Shown: positions 1-14,703, counted from the first letter of the stretch. The stretch: DNA of 64,000 nt from Phaeosaccion multiseriatum (GCA_965112735.1 OZ218955.1:124001-188000); one strand, 5' to 3'. Program-made: numbers and translations. The notes: a model not told the origin generated them from the sequence alone.

Positions 1-30
1 CACACGCACCCACGCACGCGCCCACGCACC

Positions 31-2843
31 TGTTCTGGCGCAGTTGGTAGTACAGCACCCCCAAGGAGCACCACACGTTGGGGTTATCGGGGTCACACGT
101 CACAGCTTGGTCGTATGCCTGAGGGGAGGGGGGCAGATTGGCGTGGGTGCGTGCGTGAGAGGGCAGGGCACCGCAAAGGCAGGAGAGGAGAGGACAAAGC
201 CAGGGCAGGACCAAGACAGTCTGTCTACAGTCTGTCTACAGTCTGTCCACAATCTGTCTACAGTCTGTCCACAGTCTGTCTACAGTCTGTCCACAATCTG
301 TCTACAGTCTGTCCACAGTCTGCCTACAGTCTGTCTACAGTCTGTCTACAGTCTGTCCACAGTCTGTCCACAGTTTGTCTACAGTCTGCCTACAGTCTGT
401 CTACAGTCTGTCCACAGTCTGTCTACAGTCTGTCTACAGTCTGTCTACAGTCTGTCTACAGTCTGTCCACAGTCTGCCTACAGTCTGTCCACAGTCTGTC
501 CACAGTCTGTCTACAGTCTGCCTACAGTCTGTCTACAGTCAGTCCACAATCTGTCTACAGTCTGTCCACAGGCTGTCTCCAGTCTGTCTACAGTCTGTCC
601 ACAGTCTGCCTACAGTCTGTCTACAGTCTGTCTAGCACTACAGAGCGACGAAAAGAGTCTTGACTGACTGTGCATCTATCCAGCGGTACACACGTGAGGA
701 AGGTGCAGTTCCCAGTGGCTGGCGGCTCTCCACACAACAAAGCCACCCATCAGCTGCCATCCATCCTCCCTCCTTCCATCAGCTGCCGTCTGTAACTACA
801 CACACATACATGATAGGCGAGCTCGTGCTGCTGCCCCGCCATGTAGCAGCGCCCCAGCAGGTACCAGCCCAGCCCGCCCTGCGGATCTGGGGGATGGCAG
901 TGAATGGGCAGGGGTGGCAGTGGATGAGCAGGAGGTGTCAGGGCACAGGGTGTCAGGACAGAGAGAGGGGGTGCGCGGACAGGGTGTGACAGAGCAGGAG
1001 AGGGTGTCAGGACAGCAGGAGTTGATGATGCAGGGTGTCAGGACAGCAGGAGTTAGAAGTGAATGATACAGCAGCAGAGGGACACAGTGTGTGGGGCGGA
1101 GAGGAGGTGCGGTGTGCAGTGTAGGAGCAATGACCAACGCACGCATCCATCACCGTGCCCCTAAGGCGGCCCTACGGACTTGCCCTAAGGCCCTACGGTG
1201 CTGCCCTCAGGAGGTAGGGGGTATCCGACAGGAGGTAGGTATCAGGAGGTAGGAGGAGGAGGAACTGACACCCCCCACCCGCCTCACACACAGAGACACA
1301 CATTACACTACACACATACAATACGCACACACATGCACAGATAGACAGACAGAAAGGCAGACAGACACGCTCAACTCTCCCCCCATACATCAGTGCACAC
1401 ACCGATCTCCGTGGCTCTCTTGAGGTACCCCACCGCAGAGTTGAAGTCGTTCTGATCCTTGTAATGGAGCCACCCGAGCTGCTGCAGGGCCTTGACATGC
1501 TTGGCGTTGCACTGCAGAGCGCGTCGGTATGCTCCGGTGGCGCTGGCCACGTCATCACTTGTCTCGTACACGTGACCGATCTGGGCCCACACGTCCCCCT
1601 GGATGGTGCGGTCCTCGACACGCTAGAGGGGGGGGTAGGAAGGGAGAGGGGGGGAGAGGGAGGGAGGGAGGGAGGGAGGGAGTCAGGGAGTGAGTGAGTG
1701 AGTGAGTCAGCGAGGGAGTGAGACCATCCCCTGCCCTTCACCCCCCTCTATCCTCTGCCATCCCCTGCCATCTGTGACTGCTGACCTGAAGCACCATGTG
1801 GAACATGTCTAGAGCTTCCTCGAGCTTGCCCTGCTGCTTGGCGATGACGGCCATGTGGAAGCGCACCTCGTGCTCCAGCTCGAATTCGGGGTCCACCTTA
1901 TCCATTGTTAAGTAAGGGTATGTATGTATCCAATGGTAAGTAAGGGCATACAGTGAGGACATCCATCCACTGCCATCCGCAGAGGAGACGCAAGCCCTAC
2001 CCCACCCCGGCCTGGCCTGCCTTACCCTCCTTACCCCTCCCCCCCATCCCTCCCGTCCGTACCTGCAGACAGACGGTGAAGGCCTCGAAGGCCCTGGTGG
2101 AGGTGCCGAAGCGATCGTAAAGCAGCCCCAGACCGTACCTGTGTGTGTGTGGGTGGACAGAGAGAAGATGAAGAGGGTCCAAGTGGTTTAAGTGGTGCAA
2201 GCAAGGGTGTGGGAGGGGGCGAGGGCAGAGCAGAAGGGGCAGAGAGGAGTATGTGAGTGAGCCAATATGAACACCGCCCGGGTGTGTGCGTGTGTGTGTG
2301 TGTGTGTATGAGGGAGAGAGAAAGTGTGTGTGAGAGAGAGAGGGAGTGCGTGTGTGACAGAAAGAGGGCGTGTGCGTGCGTACCAGAGGTGTGGCTCTTT
2401 GAAGGTGTGTGCGTGGTAGCAGGCGTGCTGGAACGGCGTGACGGAGAGCTGCACGTTGGACATCATGAGGTAGCAGAACGCCATCTCGGCCCAGGCCTAG
2501 GCAAGGCACAGCGGCAAGAGGGGGGGGGGGAGGAAGGAGGGAATGAGAGAGTGAGAGTGAGGGCGGAGTAGAGGAGAGGATGAATACGATAAGAGTTAGA
2601 GAGACGTCCGCTAAGTGAAGAGGATGAGTAAGAAAGGGGTAGAGACATGTCCGCTCGGTGAAAGAGGGAGGATGTGACGGGCAAGACTGCCCCGATCGGA
2701 GCGAATGCTTTGACTCAAGTAAGCGGATGGAACGCCGCCACCCACCCACGCACGCACGCACCCACACTCCCACGTACGCACCTGTCCGTTTCCTTCGTCC
2801 AAGTTGATGGCCCTCCCCAGCAGCTCCAGCGCCTGTGCAGAGC

Positions 2844-2894
<51 letters not shown>

Positions 2895-4265
2895 GATTGA
2901 GTCATGCACGGGACACGCACACACACGCGCGGCATTTAGTCACGCAGAGGACACACACATACAGACGGGATGGAGTAAGACTCACAGACGGGATGGAGTA
3001 AGACTCACAGACGGGATGGAGTCACGCAAGGTACACTTGCACAAACACCAACGCCACCATTTGAACAAGGCCGTAGCCTGGACGGGAGACACGGCGCTTC
3101 TCGTCCGTTCTCCACCCTTCACCCCTCCACATCCTTCACACCGCGTCCTCTCCGCCCTCCCCCCTCCCACCACTCCCTCCCTCCCTCCTCCTTCCCTACC
3201 TTAGGGTAGCTGTTCTGCTGGCGGTACCAGGAGCCGAGGCCCGTGTTGCTCTCGCTGGACCAGGGGTTGTGCGCTAGGGCCCGCTCGAAGTACTCCATCG
3301 CTGCCATAGGGGCACGGCAGAGGGCGGGGAAAGGGTGTAGGAGAAAGGGTAGGGTAGGGTAGGGTATAGGGCATATGGGTATAGGGCATATGGGTATATG
3401 GGCATGTGGGTATAGGGCATATGGGTATAGGGCATATGGGTATATGGGCATGTGGGTATATGGGCATGTGGGTATAGGGCATATGGGTATAGGGCATATG
3501 GGCATAGGGCATATGGGTACAGGGCATATGGGTATATGGGCATGTGGGTATAGGGCATATGGGTATATGGGTATAGGGCATATGGGTATAGGGCATATGG
3601 GTATAGGGCATATGGGTATATGGGCATGTGGGTATAGGGTATATGGGTATATGGGCATATGGGCATATGGGCATGTGGGTATAGGGCATGAGGGTATAGG
3701 GCATATGGGTATAGGGCATATGGGTATATGGGCATATGGGTATATGGGCATATGGGTATAGGGCATATGGGTGTAGGGCATATGGGTGTAGGGCATATGG
3801 GTATAGGGTATATGGGTATATGGGCATGTGGGTATAGGGCATATGGGTATAGGGCATATGGGTATATGGGCATGTGGGTATAGGGCATACGGGTATAGGG
3901 CATATGGGTAAAGGGCATATGGGTATAGGGCATATCTCTTGCTCCCTTACCCTCCCACCTTTCTCTCTCGTTCTCTCTTACCCCCCCAAACCCCCCCCCA
4001 CACACACCCGCTGACACACAACATCCACCCATTGACTTACTACCCACCTAGGCTGTCGCTGTCCTGCGCCTGTGCGATGCATCCGAGTGAGTGCCACGCC
4101 CTCCCATTGGCCTCCGACAGTTTCGTTAGCACGCCCTCCACGCCCTCCCCGCCCCTCCGACTCTAAGGATTGTTAAAGATGGGGTGGGGAGGGGGTGGAC
4201 GCGGATCGGCGCAGCAAAGACACAGATCGAGAGAGGGACAGAGACAGATAGAGAGAGAGGGAGAT

Positions 4266-4296
<31 letters not shown>

Positions 4297-5515
4297 GGGG
4301 GGGGTGAGAGAGAGCGTGAGGGAGCGAATCTATGGCAGAGAAAGGATGAGAGGGAGAGACAGAGCGCGAGAGGAAGCAGAGAGAGACAGAAAGGAGGAGA
4401 GCTGGACACAAGTCCTCCCTCTCCCAGCCAAGCTCGTCACTGCTTAGCACCGCCGCACAGCGGTGTAAGCACACGCACTCTGCTCTCTCTCTGTCTGTCT
4501 CTCACCTCAGCGCCGGGCTGGGAGCGCCTGCGTAAGGCTCCTCCTCCTCCCTCTCGGCCCGGGAAGCCTCCTGCTTGGTCCGCAATAGACCTGTCTGTGG
4601 GCCTGTCTGCTGACCTGCCCGCGCCTGGAAGGGCAGAGGGGGTGGCCCGCCGCCCCTCGTCTCTAGTTGAACCCTCTTCGGAGCCTCGACGCGGAGCCGG
4701 CCCCCCTTCCTCTGCCCCTCCTCTCCCCCCCGCTGGCCCCGACCCCTTACCTCCGCCGTCTCCCCCCTGCCCGCTGCTGCCAGTTACCGCATCGCCACCG
4801 TTGCCGCCTCTTATCCGGCCTTCTATCCGCCCTTCTCTCCCCCCCGCCCCCCCCATGCCTGAGCCCTCTTCACCACCTCGACTCGGACCCCCTCCTCCCC
4901 CTCCTCCGTTCGCCCCGCTACCGTTGCTGCTGTTGTTACCCACGCCAACTCTCATGCCGAAGCCCCCCGCGCCTGGTGCCGGTGGCTCCGAGGTGGGGTG
5001 TTGAGGAGGATGGGCATGGCGGTGGTGAGGGCTGGGCTGCCCCCCGCCCTGCCCCCCGCCCTGCCCCCCCGCCCCTCCTACGTCAGCGGGAGGGGCTTCG
5101 AGCGGGGGTGGAGGCCCCCCTCCCCCACCCGGTCTTCCTCCCCCCCTTCCCACCCCCACATGGCGTTGCTGACCCTGACCTGGACCCTGACTCCCCGCAC
5201 CACGTCCCCAGTGACCACGCCCGCCACTCCCTCCTGCGCCACCTCCTGCTGCCCCAGGCGGGGGAGGGCCTTGGTACTCCCCGCCTTGGCCCTGGGGGGC
5301 ATAACCCCCACCCACTCCGCCCCCCATCCCGTTCTCCCTCGGCGCTCCGGAACGGAACCCTGTACCTACATGCTGCCCCCCTGCGGCACGAGGCGTGATG
5401 TGAGGGTGGGGACCTGGATGGGGCCCTGGGTGGGGACCTGGATGGGGCCCTGGGTGGGGCGGGCCTCCTCCGCTCCAGGACGCTCCACCTCCACTGTGAT
5501 GCAGGCCCCCCACGT
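31..5515 (-). CDS. Ssn6/Cyc8-like TPR transcriptional corepressor, multi-exon; runs off the left edge, start exon unresolved
   Basis: Spliced TPR exons: AMEYFERALAHNPW (3200-3300), ALELLGRAINLDEGNGQ, AWAEMAFCYLMM..EPHLW, YGLGLLYDRFG, VDPEFELEHEVRFHMAVIAKQQGK, DVWAQIGHVYE..KALQQLGWLHY, GWYLLGRCYM, AYDQAVTCDPDNPNVWCSLGVLYYQ. These match the Ssn6 motif series (WYLLGRCYM; P.FWCSIGVLYYQ). Gly/Pro-rich N-terminal exon at about 4507-5515. Confidence 0.85.
216..634. repeat. 11-bp tandem minisatellite ACAGTCTGT(C/T)/CAGTCTGTCTA, intronic
   Basis: About 38 units of cagtctgtcta/cagtctgtcca/cagtctgccta, seen directly. Confidence 0.95.
3363..3934. repeat. Intronic satellite (GGGTATAGGGCATAT)n with variants, copy 1
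   Basis: Units gggtata and gggcatat/gggcatgt; same family as 36605-37153. Confidence 0.95.
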
Positions 5516-6283
5516 CTGTGTAGGGCAAGGGCAGGGGGCAAGGGGTGGCAGGGGGAAGAAAATAAAGAGGAACAAAAAAAGGGAGGGAGGGAGAGAGCAT
5601 GAGGGAGAGGGGAGAGACGAGGCTTATCGTGGGATGCGGGAGGGCGAAGTGGAGCGACTGCACATGGAGCGCTTTACATGACGCAGAGGGCTCGCCAACT
5701 GCTCAAAGTAACAAGGGCGAATCCTTCTCCTACGCCCCCCCTTCCCCAAACAAGCCACAGGAGCCACGATATACTACCCTCCACTCGAATCTAGACAGCT
5801 TGAGAGACAGTCTGTCTGGCAAGCAGCTGAGCCGCAACAGCATCGCAGCAGCAGCAGGATGCAGTACCATAGCCTTCCCCTTTGCTCAACCCCGAGTTTT
5901 CCACCTACGTGTGTTGGGGGTGTGATCCATCACACAGTGGCCTACTGCCTGCTGCTAGCTACTAGATTGCTGAGGCTTTTACTGTGGAGCAAAGCCCCTG
6001 CCCGCTGCCCGTGCACCTGCTCGTCAACATTTGTTGGGACGTGCCAAGGGACTGACTGACCGCTGAGTTTCAGCTCGTCGGGAGGGATTTTGGGGGCGGA
6101 TTTTAAATTGTTGCAAAGAGTTGCAGACGTCAAAGGACATAAGGCTGGGCTGCAAGGGGAGCAAGAAGAGGAAAGGAAGGGCAAAGACTACGAGATATCA
6201 GCGTCACCTTCTTGGGAGGTTTGCAGGAGAGGCGTCTTCACCGGAAGGCAGGGGGGATTTCATTTCAACAAAGGCAGAGAGAG

Positions 6284-9200
6284 CATGAGGACGAGAGGCA
6301 CGGGCGTCGGACACGGAGACCGAGAGGAGGGAGGCGCGGTGGAGTCCAGTGCAGATGGAGCTACGGGGGGCAGGGGGAAGAGGCGGAGGACTTCTCTGAC
6401 AGAGGTAGGAGGAGGAGGTCCGGGGAGAGGAGGGGAGGAGAGTGAAGATGTGTGCGTTTGCCCTCCCTCTGGGGCGGCTTCAATGCGCCTTGCTATCGGC
6501 CTGTCAAGTCAAACCAACAGCCCCATGCCTTTCAAAATCGTGCACAATTGTGCTTCTCTGGCCCCGTCGTCTGTGATACCCTCTGTTCTCTCCGAACGCT
6601 CCCAGCAGCGGCCAGAGGACGATGACGAAGAGGAGGGGGAGGACCAACAAGAGGGGGAGGGGGAGGAGAGCGAGAGAAGGCACCGACACAGAGACAGCGG
6701 CGCACAGTCCCGCAGGAAGGCAAGGGCCCGCGTCCTTGCGCGGTCTGGAGTGCCGCAAAGCACTTTGGAGACCTCGCCGGGCGGGGGCGGGGGGAGGGCG
6801 CCGGGGAGGGGGAGGAGGGGGAGAGGGGCGAGGAGGGGGAAGCAGCAGGAGGATGAGGATGGTGATGACGAAGACGAGGAGGAAGAGAATGAGGATGAGG
6901 AGACTCCTGCGAGAAGGCGAAGCAAGAGGAGTGGGGCGGGAGTGAATAGGAGGGTCAGGCAAGACGAGGAGGAGGAGGAGGAGGAGGAGGAGGAGGAGGA
7001 GGAGGAGGAGGAGGAGGAGGAGCAGGAGGAGCAGAGCACTACAAGGCCGCGAAGGCGGAGTGGCGGGCGGAAACCCAAGAGAAAGAGTGGAACGGGCAAA
7101 AGGAGAAACAGCAGCAGACATTCCACTGCGAGTGCTGCTGCTCTCGCCGCCGCTGAGGAGGAGGAGGAGGAGGAGGAGGAGGAGGGAGAGGGAGGGAGGA
7201 GGCGGGATCTGAAACTGCGGCGATCGAGCAGGGGGCAGGCGAAAGCTGTGTATGGGGAGTTGGAGGAGGAAGAGGAAGAGGAGAGGGAGGAGGAGGAGGA
7301 GGAGGAGGAGGATGAGGTGGAGGAGGAGGGAGAGCCAGAGGAGGAGGAGGAGGAGGAGGAGGAGGAGGAGGAGGAGGAGGAGGGAGACGACGACGAAGAT
7401 GGCGGAGCCTCCAAGGTAAGCAGATGGATGGCAGTGGATGGTCTTTCCGTTGAGGGCTGTGCCGTGGTGCGTGTGTTTGTTTCCCTCCAGCTCTGATCCA
7501 CCGATCAGTACATTAATATACTGAATTCAAATAATCCCCTCTCCTCACCCCCTCAGCGGTCGGCGCGATCACGAAGGCGGCGCAAGAGGGGCACGAACAC
7601 GGAGCTCCGCAACCTCCTGGGCCTTTCCAGTCAGGAGCAGGCAGCGAAAGACCGACGGAGGCGCACCCTGGGGCAGCTCGAATGGCGCCTCAAGTACAAG
7701 GAGGAGGGAGAGGGGGAGGAGGGGGGGGAGGGAGGAGGGGAGGGCAAGGGGGTGGAGGAGGGGAGGGGGCGCAGCTTGAGGAGCAGGGGAAGCATCAAGG
7801 CGCCGGACGTGCTGAACTACAGCGAAGCCAACAACAACAACGACGAGGAGCAGTACCAGGTGGGTCTCCTTTCTCCTCCCTCCCCTCCCCTCCCCTCTCT
7901 CTCCTCGCGTCTCCTCTCTCCTCTTCCCTCTCTTTTCCTCTCTTCTCTCCGCTGTCCCTGTCCCTGTCTTCTCTCCCTCCACGGGCATCAATGACATCAA
8001 TGACATCAATGACATCAATGACATCAATGATACCAATGACATCAATGGCATCGTGTCACTCACCTCGCCGGCCTTTTCTTCTTCATTTCTTACTATGACT
8101 AACTGACTTACTGCGACTTCCGACTGTGACTTTCTGTGAGTGTTGTCTCGCCGAGAGAGGGAGAGAGCTCATCTGCCCCCCCCTTGCCCCTGTCTCAAGC
8201 AGTACTCCCTTGCCCCTGCCTCAAGCAGTACTCCCTTGCTCCTGCCCCTGTCTCAAGCAGTACTCCCTTGCCCCTGCCCCTGTCTCAAGCAGTACTCCCT
8301 CCGGCGCCGCAAGCGCAGTGAGGGGCGTAACCCCCGCTTCAACATCTCCAGCACGGGGGGCACCACGTATCAGGAGGGGCCATCCCGGGGGGGCGCAGAC
8401 AGCCGCCGCCCCCCGGGGTCCGCCTACGCCGATCTGGAGCGCCGGGCCGCCGCCAACAGCCGCCGGACAACCAACGCGGGAGGGGGAGGGGGGGGCAGCA
8501 GCCACTACTCCAGGAGGGGCGGGGGGGGCAGGGGGGCGAGGCGGCGTAGGCACTATGACTCGAGCAGCGAGAGCAGCGAAGGAGACAGGGGGAGGGCCAT
8601 GGAGTTTGGAGGAGGCATGAGCGGCAGGCAGAGGGACGAAGACGAGGACTTTGCGGGCTATGTGCACAGGAACGCTGCCAAGGAGCTTGCGTCAGTCACG
8701 CCCATCAACGGGATTGACCACGGGAGGGGGGGAGGTGGAGGGGAGGGCGAGGCGGCGGGCGGGGGGGGTAAGAGCAAGACAGGCAGCAGCGGAAGTATCC
8801 GCGACCGGGCCGATCAGCGGGACATTCTGCGGGCAGATGCCAACCCCGTGGATGTGGACTCGAGCATCGGGTGGGAGAGCGTGGGGGGGCTGAGCGGGCA
8901 CGTGAGGCAGCTCAAGGAGATGGTCATGTTGCCCCTCGTGTACCCTGAGGTGTTTAGCAAGTTCAACTCGCAGCCGCCAAGAGGTGCGTGACGAAGAGGG
9001 GGGCTTATGCCACTCAGCTCACCCATTGACTGCCATCCGACCCCCTCACACCAATCCACTGCCTTCTCATCCACTCAGCAATTCATTCACTTGCCGGATC
9101 ACCCACCCATCCACTGCCATCCCCACCCACCCACCCACGCATCCCAGGCATTCTCTTCTCCGGCCCACCCGGGACAGGCAAGACTTTGACGGCGCGTGCC

Positions 9201-9342
9201 CTCGCCAACGCGTGCGGACAGGGCAGCGGACAGGACGGGCTTGGGCACGGGCAGAAGGTGGCCTTCTTCATGCGCAAGGGGGCAGACTGCCTCTCCAAGT
9301 GGGTGGGGGAGGCGGAGAGGCAGCTCAGGCTTCTCTTCGAAC

Positions 9343-9379
<37 letters not shown>

Positions 9380-10914
9380 TGTGTTTGTGTGGCTGTGTGT
9401 GTACCCATCACCCCCTCGCTCAATCGCTCGCTCAGTGCTCTTCACGCACGCTTGCACACACGCACGCACACGAGAACCACCCCTTCTTTCTTTATCCCTC
9501 TTTTCCTTCCTTACTTACTTCCTTACTTACTTACGTACTTACTTACGTACTTACTTACGTGAGCCCTTCCCTTCCCCTCCACCGCCCCCTCAGGCCCGCA
9601 AGTTCGCCCCCTCAATCATCTTCTTCGACGAGATCGACGGCCTCGCCCCCGTGAGGAGCGCCAAGCAGGACCAGATACACGCCAGCATTGTCAGCACGCT
9701 TCTGGCCCTCATGGATGGTCTCGATGACAGGGGACAGGTCGTCGTCATTGGGGCCACCAATCGCCCGGATGCGGTGGACCCGGCCTTGAGGCGGCCGGTG
9801 AGTTGATGGGTCGGTGGGTGGATATGTGTGTGGGTGGGTGGTTGGGTGGGTGGTTGGGTGGGTGGGTGGATGGTGGGTGGGTAAGTGGGTGGGTGGGTGG
9901 GTGGGTGAGTGGGTGAGTGAGTGGGTGGGTGAGTTGGTGGGTGGGTGGGTGGGTGGGTAAGTGAGAGGGTGGGTGGTGGGTTGGATGGTTGGTTGTTTGC
10001 TGTTTTGATTCAGTCCGTCTGTGTATAGATCCGCTCCGTCCAACTGCACTCACTCACTCCAGGTCTAACGCTCTGCTCTGCCCTTATACCTCCAACACTC
10101 ACCCACGCACCCACCCACCCACCCACCCCCACCCATTGCTTGTTCCAGGGCCGCTTCGACCGCGAGCTTGCCTTCAAGCTGCCTGACGTCAAGGCCCGGC
10201 GTCGCATATTAGCCATCCACACTTCCAAATGGCAGCCATCGCCTGCCAAGCCGCTCCTGGGGGAGCTCGCTAAGCGCACGGTGGGGTACTGCGGAGCGGA
10301 CATCAAGGCTCTGTGCGCAGAGGCCACGCTGTGCGCCTTTAGACGCCTCTTCCCGCAGGTAACGGGCGGTGGGGGTGGGGGGTCAGGGTACAGGGCCAGG
10401 TGTGAGAGGCGTGCCAGTGTCAGTTTCAGTGTCAGTTTCAGTGTCAGTTTCAGTGTCAGTTTCAGTGTCTGTCCCGTCCTATGAGGGCCTCGCACGACGG
10501 CAGCCCGCCGCCCCCCCTCAATCCTCTCGTCGTGCCTTCTCTCTTCTTCCCGGACTTGGGCCTCCCCCCCCCCCAACCAGGTGTACACCTCCTCCCGCAA
10601 GCTGCTGCTAGACCACTCCTTGATCCAAGTGTCTCGAGTGGACTTTGCTCAGGCCATGCGTCACATCACTCCTGCCGCACATCGGGCGGTCTTCTCTCCG
10701 GCGGCTGCTCTACCGACGGCACTTGGGCCTCTGTTGGGGCCCAAGCTGCAGGAGGTGCTGGCGGGGGTGGAGGGGCAGATGCCTGCGGCCTTCGCTATGA
10801 GTCATCAGGAAGAGGAAGAGGAAGCGGCCCATGAGAAGGAAGAGGGGCAGGAGGGGGGGCCGTCTACTGTTACTGCTGCTGCTGGATCACCGAGTGGTGC
10901 ATGTGATGACGAAG

Positions 10915-10959
<45 letters not shown>

Positions 10960-12762
10960 GAGGAGGCTTGGGCATGGCGGGCGTGGTGATGATGGAGGTG
11001 GGGCAGGGAGGCGCGGACGGGCGGAGCCAACAGGAGGACAAGGACAAGGACAAGGACAAGGACACGGAGGACGAAGGAGAAGCGGACGACGATGACGACG
11101 AAGACGACGAGGATGGCAGTGGACGGGACGAGGAGGGCTGCTTGGGCTTGGGCTGGGGCATGGACGCGTGGAAGAGGGCAGACGGGGTGCACAGACCAAG
11201 GCTCGTGCTCAGGGGCCGTCCGGGAGGGGGACAAGACGCCCTAGCTGCGGCGGCTCTGCACCGGCTTGAAGGTCTGTGTGTGCGTGTGTGCGTGTGTGTG
11301 TATGTGTGTATGTGTGTGTGTGTATGTGTGTGTGTCCTTCCCTTGTGTGGCAAATCACAAACGGAATCGCAGCGAAACATGAAGCTCATCTCATCCCCCC
11401 ATCTCTCCCTTCTTCCCTCGAACAACCAACAGGCGTACCAGTCTTCTCCCTGGACCTGTCCTCCCTTGTCTCCGACCCCCACTGCGGGCCCGAGGCTGCC
11501 ATCGTCTCGCGCTTCAGCGAGGCGCGTCGCTCTGCCCCGTGCATCCTCTTCCTCCCCGGGGTGGAACGCTGGTGGGGAGACGAAACTGTCCACCACCCCC
11601 TCCTACGCACCTCTCTTGTGAGCCTGCTCAACGGATTGCCCGACACCATGCCCATCCTTGTGATGAGTACGTGGACCTTGGCGGGGGACAGGATGGCAGT
11701 GGATGGGGAGGGGGCGGAGTCGGGGGTGGGAGGAGGAGGAGGAGCTGGTGTCGGGACTTACCGCGAGCCCCCGGGGGACCTGCTGAGCGCGCTGCTGGGG
11801 GGGCTACCTCTCACAGATAGCGACTACGACCCTTGCTCCTGTGATGCTGAGATGGGGGAGGAGGATGACGCGTGGAGGGGGGTGTACACGGTGGGACCGC
11901 CCGACCACAAGGGGCGGAGGAGCTTTGTGAAGGAGATGCTGCAGCACCTCAAGGCCATTGTGGAGGGACGCTTCGGACCGAGTGAGGCGCTGCTGATTCC
12001 AGAGCCCGCGGAGGGGGAGGAGGGGGAGGAGGAGGAGGAGAAGAACCTCTATTGGGGCGATGAGCATGTTCTCGCGAGCTTGGTGAGTCTTGATGAAGAG
12101 GACAAGGGGCCGGGGGAGGGGGAGGAGGAGGGGGAAGAGGGCGACGGGGAAGGCGCAGCAGCAGCATCAACGGGAGGAGGAGGAGGAGGAGGAGGAGGAG
12201 GAGGAGGAGGAGGAGGAGGAGGAGGAGGAGGAGGAGACGCGTCTTCTGTCGAGGGGGGGGCGGCAGCGGTGGCGGCGAAGATGGTGGCCACTTCCGCAGC
12301 CGCCACAGATGGCGACACTGCAGAGGCCGAATTACCAGCGGTTGCAGCTGGAGCTGAGCAAGGGGGCGCTGCTTGTAATGGCTCGCCCTGTGCCCCTGCC
12401 TCTACCGCCTCTGGCCACCGGGATGAAGGAAGCAGCAGCATCAGCAGCAGCAACAGCAGCAGCAGCAGCAGGCAGATTGGCGCCGGCATTGGCAGATTCA
12501 GTAGTGAGGTGGTTGCTTCGCCTCCTCCTTCTTCGCTGCTTGCGATTGCAGAGCTGGCGAAGCAGCAGCTGCGGCAGCTGCAGGAGAGGCGTAAGGCCAA
12601 GGACAAGAGCAGGGGCAGGCATATGGGCAGGGGAGGGGGTGTGTTCTTCCGAGCTGGGACGCGCAAGAGGGCCCTGGAGGTGCTTCCCTTCGCGCCAGAG
12701 GAGGAGGACCCCGTGAACCGCAGAATGGCCGAGGAGGAGCAGTCACAGAAAGAGGTGTGTGT

Positions 12763-12852
<90 letters not shown>

Positions 12853-14672
12853 CTTGCCATTCTCTTGCCCTCCACGGCCATCTGATGCTCGTGATGAATG
12901 ACGATCACTCACACGATCACTCACTCGCTCTCGCTCTTGACGGCTCCCCCTCCCTCCTTCCCTCTCCCTCCCTCCCTCCCTCCCTCCCTCCTATCCACTC
13001 TCATCCACGGCCATCCACTGCCATCTAGGCCTTCGAGGAGGAGCACTGTGTGCGTGAGCTTCGCATCTTCCTTCGAATGGTGCTGCACGAGCTGCGCAAA
13101 GATCGCAAGTTCGCAGCCTTCGCCAGGCGGGTCGACCCGGAGGAGGTGAGAGAAGGGAGTAAGGGGGGCAACGGGGACAGGGCAGAAGGGAGGAGAGCTT
13201 ACCTAAGCTTACCTAAGCTTACCTAAGCTTACCTAAGATTACCTAAGCTTACATGCCCTCCTGGACTGTAACGATTTCATCATCTCTCTCTCTGTGTGTG
13301 TGTACTTGGTGCCAGGCGCTGGACTATTACGACATCATCAAGCACCCGATGGACCTCGAGACCATGCTGCTCAAAGTCGACGCTGGAGACTACCGCTGCC
13401 TCAGCCAATTCCAGCGCGACATGCGCCTTATCAGGGACAACGCCAGCCAATACAATCCCTGCACCGGTAAAGACACAAGAGGCAGGGCCATCGTCAGCGC
13501 CGCCGCCAATATGATTGACAACGTGGACTCCATGTGAGTGCAATCTGTGAGTGCAATCTTTCCGTTCTTCCTTCCGAGTCTGACTCTCTCTCTTATTTAC
13601 ACCCCTCCTCCTTCTCCTCCTCCTCCTCCTCCTCCCTTGTCAGGGTGCACCGCTTCAGAGACCGCTTAGGCTATGACTTGTTCAAGCGCTGCGAGGACAT
13701 GGCGGCCAAGCAGCAAAGGCATACGGGCACGCAGCGCAGGCAAACGGGGGGCGGGGCGCGGGAGCGCAGAGGCAGCAGGGGACGCCCCCGGGGTAGTGCA
13801 AAGAGGGCTAGATACGGGGGGCAGGGGGGAGGGCAGGAGGAGGAGGAGGGGGGGGAGGAGGAGGAGGAGGAGGGGCTGGTAGAACTCGGGGCGAGTGGCA
13901 AGCCTGTGAGGCAACAACGACGCGCTGGAGGGGAGGGGGTGGACACTATGGAGGTGGAAGGAGAGGGAAAGGGAAAGGGAGAGGGAGAGGGAGAGGGAGA
14001 GGGAGAGGGAAAGGGAAAGGTGGTGGAAGAGGTTGTGATAGAGGAGGTGGAGGAGGAGGAGCAGGAGGAGGAGCAGGAGGAGGAGCAGGAGGAGGAGCAG
14101 GAGGATGAGGACACGGGCACCGGCAAGGGCAAGAGCAAGAGCAGCGCCACAGGGGCGGAGATACAGGGGGGGACGGACGCAGCGGCGGAAGGTGAGGTGG
14201 ATGGTGATGCAGCAGCGCGGGAGGGACTTGTCGCCGCCAGCAAGATTACCACCTCGCAAAGCAGCAGCATCAGCAGCAGCATCAGCAGCAGCACCACCAG
14301 CACCAGCACCAGCAACGGCACCAGCAACGGCCACAGCCACATGGGCACCAGCAGCAATAAAGAGGCAGGGGCAGTGCCGAATGAAGCGGAGGCGATGGCA
14401 GTGGATGCCATGGCCTCTGCTTCTGTATCACCAACTGCTAAGGCCGCTGTCCCTGTCCCTGCTCCGACAGCAGAGGTCGAAGTGGGTCTCGGGAAGGGAG
14501 AGAGAGAGGGAGACGCCCCCCACCTGAATGGCCACAGCCGCAACCGCAGCCCCAGCCGCGGTATCGGAGGGGGGGGTGCAGGGGGGGGTACAGGGGGGGG
14601 TGGTGGTGGTATTGCCGCTCCTGCCGCTGGCGTAGCACATTCCGTGCCAAAGGGCTACTCGCCTCCATCCCT

Positions 14673-14703
<31 letters not shown>

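Noticed and set aside
41-55. cagttggtagtacag (and ctgtacaaccaactg at ~62513) as copies of the dispersed 13-mer
   Set aside because: Mismatched, and explained by the protein sequence (LYYQL, LYNQL).
44-667. Long repetitive ORFs (LSTVCLQSV..., MPYTH..., PPSL..., etc.)
   Set aside because: They are translations of stop-poor intronic tandem repeats, open in several frames and on the wrong strand for the host gene.
1158-1198. ccctaa/cccta motifs as a telomere relic
   Set aside because: Too short and irregular; not a tandem telomeric array.
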